DNA of 56,509 nt from Thiopseudomonas sp. GTDB taxonomy: Bacteria; Pseudomonadota; Gammaproteobacteria; Pseudomonadales; Pseudomonadaceae. Shown here piece after piece: positions 50,715 through 56,509 of the stretch. A program made the translations under genes and the position numbers. The stretch covers positions 1 to 56,509 of the forward strand of contig DATERP010000008.1 in assembly GCA_035271385.1 (NCBI GenBank), read 5' to 3'. The notes under the pieces are model-generated. The model was not told the origin of the DNA. It ran no database searches and saw only the letters and a list, made by a program, of their open reading frames with translations. Numbering within the stretch: position 1 is the first letter of the stretch; every line of letters begins with the position of its first letter.

Positions 50715-52669
50715 TGAATCGTCATATTGATACTTTACTTATTGCAAACCGCGGTGAAATTGCTTGCCGTATTATGAAAACTGCCAAGGCTCAAGGCCTA
50801 AAAACCGTGGCAGTGCACAGTGAAATTGACCGCCATGCACGCCATGCGCGCATGGCAGATATTTGCTACAACTTAGGCGGCGCTAAACCCGCGGAAAGCT
50901 ACCTGCTGATTGATAAAATTATTGAAGCAGCAAAAGCTACCGGCGCACAAGCAATTCACCCAGGTTACGGTTTTCTTGCTGAAAACAGTGGTTTTGCCCA
51001 AGCGATTGAAGATGCTGGTTTAATCTTTCTAGGCCCTCCGGCCAGTGCGATCGTGGCTATGGGTAGTAAGTCAGCCGCTAAATTATTAATGGAAGAAGCT
51101 GGCGTACCTTTGGTACCAGGTTTCCACGGCGAAGAACAAGATTACGAAACCTTCCGTGCGGCCTCTGAAAAGATCGGCTACCCAGTACTGCTAAAAGCCA
51201 CAGCCGGCGGCGGTGGTAAAGGTATGAAGGTCGTAGAAAAAGAGTCTGAGCTCAAAGAAGCCTTGGAATCAGCACAACGTGAAGCAAAATCAGCATTTGG
51301 TAACTCCATCATGCTGGTAGAAAAATATGTCCTGAAACCACGTCACGTAGAAATCCAGATTTTTGCTGATATGCACGGTAACTGCATCTATCTCAATGAG
51401 CGTGATTGCTCGATCCAACGTCGTCACCAGAAAGTTGTTGAAGAAGCACCAGCGCCAGGCTTAAGTCCGGAGTTGCGTAAAACTATGGGCGAAGCAGCGG
51501 TAAAAGCTGCGCAAGCCATTGGTTATGTCGGTGCAGGTACAGTTGAATTCTTATTGGATGCTCGCGGTGAGTTCTTCTTTATGGAGATGAACACACGTTT
51601 ACAAGTTGAGCACCCAATTACTGAGTTAATTACTGGACAAGACTTAGTTGCTTGGCAAATCCGTATTGCCCGTGGTGAAAAACTCCCACTGACGCAAGAT
51701 CAAGTCCCACTCAATGGCCACGCTATTGAAGTGCGTTTGTATGCAGAAGATCCCGATAATGATTTCTTACCGTCTACCGGTACGTTAAATCTATATCGTG
51801 AACCAGCTGCGGGTGAAGGTCGTCGCATGGATACAGGTATTGAAGAAGGCGATAGCATTTCACCTTTCTACGACCCAATGATTGGTAAGCTGATTGCTTG
51901 GGGCGAGAACCGTGAAGAAGCACGCCAGCGCTTATTAGCGATGCTGGCTGAGACCCATATCCATGGTGTGCGCACCAACTTAGCCTTTTTAAGCCGTATT
52001 TTAGCCCACCCAGCCTTTGCTGCGGCGGAGCTCGATACCGGCTTTATTCCACGTCATGAGCACGACCTTTTTGTTGCTCCAAGTGAGTTACCAGCCGAGT
52101 TTTGGAGTGTTGCGGGCCGCGCTTGGGCATTATCGCAAGATGCACGCGTGCGTGAAGATGATCAAACCTCGCAATGGGCGATGGCGTCCGGATGGCGTAG
52201 CGCACAACCACAGCTCTATACGCTGAACTTACAAAGCGGTGAGCAACAGCAAAAAATTGTGGTGTATTGTGACGACTTAGCCCACACCAAACTGATCAAC
52301 GATAAGCTGATTATTGAAGAAAACAATATCACTCAGCACTATTCAGCGATGCGTGTTGGCAATACTTTATACCTTGAATGGCAAGGCGAGTTGCATCCAG
52401 TAACTCAAGTCGACTTTATTGCTAAAGCAGCAGCAAGTTCACAGCAACAAGGCGGCTTAACTGCTCCGATGAACGGCAATATCGTACAAATCTTAGTCGC
52501 ACCGGGGCAAACCGTTAAGCAAGGCGCAACGCTAGTGGTGTTGGAAGCCATGAAAATGGAACACAGCATTATCGCTCCACACGACGGCATCGTACAAAAT
52601 ATCTTCTGTGCAGAAGGCGATATGGTCAGCGATGGCATGGTACTGGTTGAACTTGACGGGGGTGAGTAA
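50714..52669 (+). CDS. liuD: 3-methylcrotonyl-CoA carboxylase, biotin (alpha) subunit
   Basis: [31 protein letters not shown], biotin motif EAMKM; TAATG coupling with liuC. Confidence 0.94.
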   Translation: MNRHIDTLLIANRGEIACRIMKTAKAQGLKTVAVHSEIDRHARHARMADICYNLGGAKPAESYLLIDKIIEAAKATGAQAIHPGYGFLAENSGFAQAIEDAGLIFLGPPASAIVAMGSKSAAKLLMEEAGVPLVPGFHGEEQDYETFRAASEKIGYPVLLKATAGGGGKGMKVVEKESELKEALESAQREAKSAFGNSIMLVEKYVLKPRHVEIQIFADMHGNCIYLNERDCSIQRRHQKVVEEAPAPGLSPELRKTMGEAAVKAAQAIGYVGAGTVEFLLDARGEFFFMEMNTRLQVEHPITELITGQDLVAWQIRIARGEKLPLTQDQVPLNGHAIEVRLYAEDPDNDFLPSTGTLNLYREPAAGEGRRMDTGIEEGDSISPFYDPMIGKLIAWGENREEARQRLLAMLAETHIHGVRTNLAFLSRILAHPAFAAAELDTGFIPRHEHDLFVAPSELPAEFWSVAGRAWALSQDARVREDDQTSQWAMASGWRSAQPQLYTLNLQSGEQQQKIVVYCDDLAHTKLINDKLIIEENNITQHYSAMRVGNTLYLEWQGELHPVTQVDFIAKAAASSQQQGGLTAPMNGNIVQILVAPGQTVKQGATLVVLEAMKMEHSIIAPHDGIVQNIFCAEGDMVSDGMVLVELDGGE

Positions 52670-53574
52670 TGAGTTTTCCCTCGCACGTACGCATCGTTGA
52701 AGTTGGCCCACGTGATGGTCTACAAAACGAAAAACAACCGATCAGCGTGGCTGATAAGGTCGCGTTGATTAACGCGCTTAGTAACAGCGGTTTATCTTAT
52801 ATTGAAGCCGGCAGCTTTGTGTCGCCCAAGTGGGTGCCACAAATGGCGGGCAGTGCTGAAGTGTTTGAACAAATCAAACGATCTGACTCAATCACCTACG
52901 CTGCACTAACGCCGAATATGCAAGGGTTTGAAGCCGCCATGGCGGCGGGCGTAAAAGAAGTTGCGGTATTTGCCGCAGCTTCAGAATCCTTTTCACAAAA
53001 AAACATTAACTGCTCAATAAGTGAGAGTCTGCAGCGCTTTGAGCCAGTAATGGAAGCAGCCAAGCAACATGACATTCGTGTACGCGGCTATGTTTCTTGC
53101 GTACTGGGATGCCCATACGAGGGTGAAATTGCACCTGAGCACGTACGTTCAGTTGCTCAAGCTTTATATGACATGGGTTGCTATGAAATTTCATTGGGCG
53201 ACACCATTGGTGTGGGTACCCCTCAAAAAGCTGCTGCACTCTTTGCTGAAGTTGCTAAAGATATCCCGCGCTCACAACTGGCTGGGCACTTTCATGACAC
53301 CTACGGCCAAGCCTTAGCTAATATTTACGCCAGCTTATCGGAAGGCATCGCGGTCTTCGATAGCTCAGTAGCTGGCTTAGGTGGTTGCCCGTACGCTAAA
53401 GGAGCCAGTGGTAACGTTGCTACAGAAGATGTGCTCTATATGCTCAACGGTCTAGGTATTAACACAGGTGTTAGCCTAGAAAAAGTCATTGCTGCAGGAT
53501 TAAAAATCAGCGCTGTATTAGGCCGCGAAACAGGCTCCAAAGTTGCTCGTGCCTGGCAAAGTTCTGCACATTAA
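52669..53574 (+). CDS. liuE: Hydroxymethylglutaryl-CoA lyase
   Basis: [24 protein letters not shown]. Confidence 0.95.
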   Translation: MSFPSHVRIVEVGPRDGLQNEKQPISVADKVALINALSNSGLSYIEAGSFVSPKWVPQMAGSAEVFEQIKRSDSITYAALTPNMQGFEAAMAAGVKEVAVFAAASESFSQKNINCSISESLQRFEPVMEAAKQHDIRVRGYVSCVLGCPYEGEIAPEHVRSVAQALYDMGCYEISLGDTIGVGTPQKAAALFAEVAKDIPRSQLAGHFHDTYGQALANIYASLSEGIAVFDSSVAGLGGCPYAKGASGNVATEDVLYMLNGLGINTGVSLEKVIAAGLKISAVLGRETGSKVARAWQSSAH

Positions 53575-53589
53575 ACACGTGAGGTCACA

Positions 53590-54285
53590 ATGAATAAAAT
53601 ATATGCATCTGCCGCAGAAGCCCTCGATGGAATAGTTGAAAACGGCATGACCTTAGCCGTCGGTGGTTTTGGTTTATGTGGTATTCCAGAAGCCCTCATT
53701 GACGCCTTGCGCGACACGGGTAAAAAAGAACTCACCGTCATCAGCAATAATGCGGGCGTTGATGGCTTTGGTTTAGGTAAGTTATTAGAAACCCGCCAAA
53801 TTAAGAAAATGATTTCTTCTTATGTGGGTGAAAATAAAGAGTTTGAACGCCAATATTTAGCAGGCGAGTTAGAACTGGAGTTCACTCCACAAGGCACTCT
53901 TGCAGAAAAACTGCGTGCCGGTGGTGCGGGTATTCCTGCCTTCTTTACTAAAACAGGTTACGGCACTTTAGTCGCTGAAGGGAAAGAGTCCCGTGAGTTT
54001 GATGGTGAGCAGTATATTATGGAGCGCTCACTCGTCGCTGACATTGGTTTAGTTAAAGCCTGGAAAGCCGATAAAGCAGGCAACCTGATGTTTAATAAAA
54101 CAGCTCGTAACTTCAACCCACTGGCAGCTATGGCCTCTAAAGTTTGCATTGTTGAAGTGGAAGAAATTGTTGAAGTTGGCACCTTCGATCCTGACCACGT
54201 GCATTTACCTGGTGTTTATGTGCAGCGCATTGTCATCAACGCTAACCCCGAAAAACGCATTGAACAACGTACATTAAGGAGCTGA
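53590..54285 (+). CDS. scoA: 3-oxoacid CoA-transferase subunit A
   Basis: [34 protein letters not shown]. Confidence 0.9.
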   Translation: MNKIYASAAEALDGIVENGMTLAVGGFGLCGIPEALIDALRDTGKKELTVISNNAGVDGFGLGKLLETRQIKKMISSYVGENKEFERQYLAGELELEFTPQGTLAEKLRAGGAGIPAFFTKTGYGTLVAEGKESREFDGEQYIMERSLVADIGLVKAWKADKAGNLMFNKTARNFNPLAAMASKVCIVEVEEIVEVGTFDPDHVHLPGVYVQRIVINANPEKRIEQRTLRS

Positions 54286-54287
54286 TC

Positions 54288-54917
54288 ATGGCTTGGACTC
54301 GTGAACAAATGGCACAACGTGCCGCACAAGAACTGCAAGATGGCTTCTATGTAAATCTAGGCATCGGCTTACCGACCTTAGTAGCTAACTACATACCAGA
54401 AGGTATGGATGTTTGGTTACAAAGTGAAAACGGTTTACTGGGCATCGGCCCATTCCCAACCGAAGAAACCATTGATCCAGACCTGATTAACGCGGGTAAG
54501 CAAACCATTACTACGTTGCCGGGTGGTAGTATCTTTAACAGCGCAGACAGTTTTGCAATGATTCGTGGCGGCCATATTAACCTATCTATTTTGGGCGCAA
54601 TGCAAGTCTCAGAAAAAGGAGACTTAGCCAACTGGATGATTCCAGGAAAAATGGTTAAAGGTATGGGCGGCGCAATGGATTTAGTTGCTGGGGTAAAGCG
54701 TGTTGTGATACTTATGGAGCACACTGCACGCGGTGGAGATCATAAAATACTGAAGGTCTGCGACCTACCCTTAACTGGAGTAGGAGTAGTCGATCGTATT
54801 ATCACTGACTTAGCTGTATTAGATGTCACACCTGAAGGCATAAAGTTGGTTGAGCTGGCTGAAGGCGTAAGTTTTGAGCAGCTACAAGAAGCGACAGGCT
54901 GTACGATTATTGCCTAA
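54288..54917 (+). CDS. scoB: 3-oxoacid CoA-transferase subunit B
   Basis: VNLGIGLPT, catalytic [12 protein letters not shown]. Confidence 0.9.
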   Translation: MAWTREQMAQRAAQELQDGFYVNLGIGLPTLVANYIPEGMDVWLQSENGLLGIGPFPTEETIDPDLINAGKQTITTLPGGSIFNSADSFAMIRGGHINLSILGAMQVSEKGDLANWMIPGKMVKGMGGAMDLVAGVKRVVILMEHTARGGDHKILKVCDLPLTGVGVVDRIITDLAVLDVTPEGIKLVELAEGVSFEQLQEATGCTIIA

Positions 54918-54961
54918 TGTATAATCCAAAATATTGAATGATTGAGTTTGATATCTAACTT

Positions 54962-54987
54962 AACGCGGAATTTAATTCCGCGTTTTT
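54962..54987 (+). terminator. Intrinsic terminator after liu-sco operon
   Basis: AACGCGGAATT-T-AATTCCGCGTTTTT. Confidence 0.75.
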
Positions 54988-55008
54988 ATATGCTTCTAAG
55001 AGTAATCT

Positions 55009-55419
55009 ATGAATAAAGCACAACGTACGTATAGTATTTCTGACCTAGCGAGCGAGCTTGATATCACTACGCGCGCGATTCGCTTTTATGAAGAGCAAGG
55101 CATGCTGCATCCCACCCGTCGCGGCCAAGAGCGTGTCTATACCCCCAAGGATCGTGTCGCTTTAAAACTTATCTTGCGCGGTAAACGTATTGGCTTTTCA
55201 TTAGCAGAATGTAAAACTTTAATTGAGTTATATGACCCGCAAGCCGGTAATCAAAAACAACTGAACATCATGCTGGAAATGATTAATGAACGTCGTGCGC
55301 AATTAGAGCAGCAAATTTTAGATATTAAGCAAATGCAGCTTGAACTCGATACCGCTGAAGAACGTTGCCAATTTGCTCTAGAGCAAACGAAACAAGCTAA
55401 CAGTAAGGATAAATTATGA
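55009..55419 (+). CDS. liuR: MerR-family regulator of liu genes
   Basis: YSISDLA, TTRAIRFYEE, LKLILRGKRIGFSL; next to liu operon. Confidence 0.88.
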   Translation: MNKAQRTYSISDLASELDITTRAIRFYEEQGMLHPTRRGQERVYTPKDRVALKLILRGKRIGFSLAECKTLIELYDPQAGNQKQLNIMLEMINERRAQLEQQILDIKQMQLELDTAEERCQFALEQTKQANSKDKL

Positions 55420-55781
55420 ACAAGGTTCCTGCTAACCAAGTACGCCGCGAAGTGATGGGTGATGCTTTTGTTGATCGAGCAATGGGCAATACCACTAAAT
55501 TTACCCAGCCCTTGCAGGACTTTATTAACCAGCATGCCTGGGGTTCTGTATGGGAGCGTGAAGGGCTTACTCGCAAAGAGCGTAGTCTCATTACCATTGC
55601 CGCGTTAACAGCATTAAAATCACCACAAGAGCTTAAGGGACACGTACGTGGTGCACTAAATAACGGTTGCACTGCAGATGAGATCTGCGAAGCTATTTTA
55701 CATTGTGCTGTCTATGCTGGCGTACCTGCAGCCAGTGAAGCATTTCGTGCCGCTCAAGAAGTCATTGAGCCGAATACTTAA
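55416..55781 (+). CDS. Carboxymuconolactone decarboxylase (CMD) family protein
   Basis: RREVMG, AWGSVW.R, RSLIT, HVRGALNNG, VYAGVPA; ATGA overlap with liuR. Confidence 0.88.
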   Translation: MNKVPANQVRREVMGDAFVDRAMGNTTKFTQPLQDFINQHAWGSVWEREGLTRKERSLITIAALTALKSPQELKGHVRGALNNGCTADEICEAILHCAVYAGVPAASEAFRAAQEVIEPNT

Positions 55782-55813
55782 AGATTTATAAAGATCAGTC
55801 GTTTCTCAAAATC

Positions 55814-55896
55814 AAAAGCCCAGACCCTATCGTGAACTAACCCCAAAAAGTCAGTCCAACTTTTTGGGGTTAGTTCACGATAGGGTCTGGGCTTTT
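55814..55896. repeat. 83-bp palindrome (38-bp perfect arms, 7-nt loop) acting as a terminator
   Basis: AAAAGCCCAGACCCTATCGTGAACTAACCCCAAAAAGT-CAGTCCA-exact reverse complement, ending in a T-tract. Confidence 0.9.
55833..55877. mobile_element. 45-bp TG...CA mini-element resembling IS150-group inverted repeats
   Basis: TGAACTAACCCCAAAAAGTCAGTCCAACTTTTTGGGGTTAGTTCA; second copy at 4533-4571. Confidence 0.65.
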
Positions 55897-55976
55897 TTGT
55901 CAGTGTTGCGGCGGCATCCGTGGCATGGTGCTTTAAGCGGTCTGTTTTTGTGTGGGTATATCACTTTTTTGGGCAT

Positions 55977-56011
55977 AAAAAAACCCCAGATCAATAATGA
56001 TCTGGGGTTTT
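55977..56011 (-). terminator. rrn operon terminator
   Basis: AAAACCCCAGATCA-N4-TGATCTGGGGTTTTTTT on the minus strand, just 3' of 5S. Confidence 0.9.
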
Positions 56012-56020
56012 GGTGTAAGC

Positions 56021-56138
56021 GCTTGACGATGACCTACTCTCACATGGGGAAACCCCACACTACCATCGGCGATACATCGTTTCACTTCTGAGTTCGGGAT
56101 GGGATCAGGTGGTTCCAATGTTCTATGGTCGTCAAGCA
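56021..56138 (-). rRNA. rrf: 5S ribosomal RNA
   Basis: TGCTTGACGACCATAG...CCACCTGATCCCATCCCGAACTCAG...GCCGATGGTAGTGTGGGGTTTCCCCATGTGAGAGTAGG. Confidence 0.98.
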
Positions 56139-56272
56139 ATTCTTTTTGAGGAGCCGTTTTCCACTTGCGTGGTCATCGTCTTCTCGAATTAGGCATGTAA
56201 TAGTGTACTAAATTTATGTGTTTTGCAAACTTTCGGTCACAATTCGTTCTTCCCAAATTGTTTGGGTGTTAT

Positions 56273-56509
56273 ATGGTCAAGCCTCACGGGCAATTAGTAT
56301 TGGTTAGCTCAATGCCTCACAGCACTTACACACCCAACCTATCAACCTTGTAGTCTTCAAGGGCCCTTCAGGGAGCTTAAAGCTCCAGTGAGATCTCATC
56401 TTGAGGCAAGTTTCCCGCTTAGATGCTTTCAGCGGTTATCTCTTCCGAACATAGCTACCCGGCAATGCCACTGGCGTGACAACCGGAACACCAGAGGTTC
56501 GTCCACTCC
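56273..56509 (-). rRNA. rrl: 23S ribosomal RNA, 3' end (runs off the window)
   Basis: Conserved GATAACCGCTGAAAGCATCTAAGCGGGAAAC and terminal GTGAGGCTTGACCAT. Confidence 0.98.

Noticed and set aside
630-54724. Many 60-160 aa antisense or alternate-frame ORFs in the track (e.g. 630-962, 7601-7936, 15979-16449, 16960-17340, 23793-24140)
   Set aside because: They overlap well-supported genes and lack recognisable motifs; typical shadow ORFs.
55864-56139. ORFs 55933-56139 (-) and 55864-56091 (+)
   Set aside because: Spurious translations of the 5S rRNA gene and its terminators.

Overview
Housekeeping-rich chromosomal window (roughly 45-50% GC by eye) from a Pseudomonadaceae-like gammaproteobacterium. 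The taxon is inferred from gene content and order; the low GC suggests a Thiopseudomonas/Denitrificimonas-type lineage. In order it carries serA, a PHD-like 2OG-Fe(II) oxygenase, metNIQ, ecotin, znuABC/zur, an orphan Fe3+-type ABC permease, gcvT-gcvH without gcvP, folA, a DUF2868/DUF3482-GTPase pair, bfd-bfr, a class I DAHP synthase, rppH-ptsP, a lone GspE/PilB ATPase, CYTH/DUF47/PiT, argA, a TAXI-TRAP transporter and galE. It ends with a divergent acyl-CoA ligase/AhpD/OprD/Liv cluster opposite liuABCDE-scoAB-liuR, then the 3' end of an rRNA operon (23S, 5S). The main observations are not in the ORF track. (1) The ~400-nt 5' region of the DAHP synthase gene holds two tandem short ORFs rich in aromatic codons: MLNH...AYYFYGYWFSPRRA and MAIYARYPQRFDDLSWRFS.... 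They sit either side of an intrinsic terminator and are accompanied by competing hairpins, making a candidate two-stage attenuator that senses Tyr, Phe and Trp together. (2) Two near-identical ~40-45 bp relics resembling IS150-group inverted repeats sit at the apex of terminator hairpins 51 kb apart; one forms an 83-bp palindrome. (3) LiuR-type boxes tie the divergent uptake/activation cluster to the liu genes. No CRISPR array, tRNA, prophage or intact transposase was seen.
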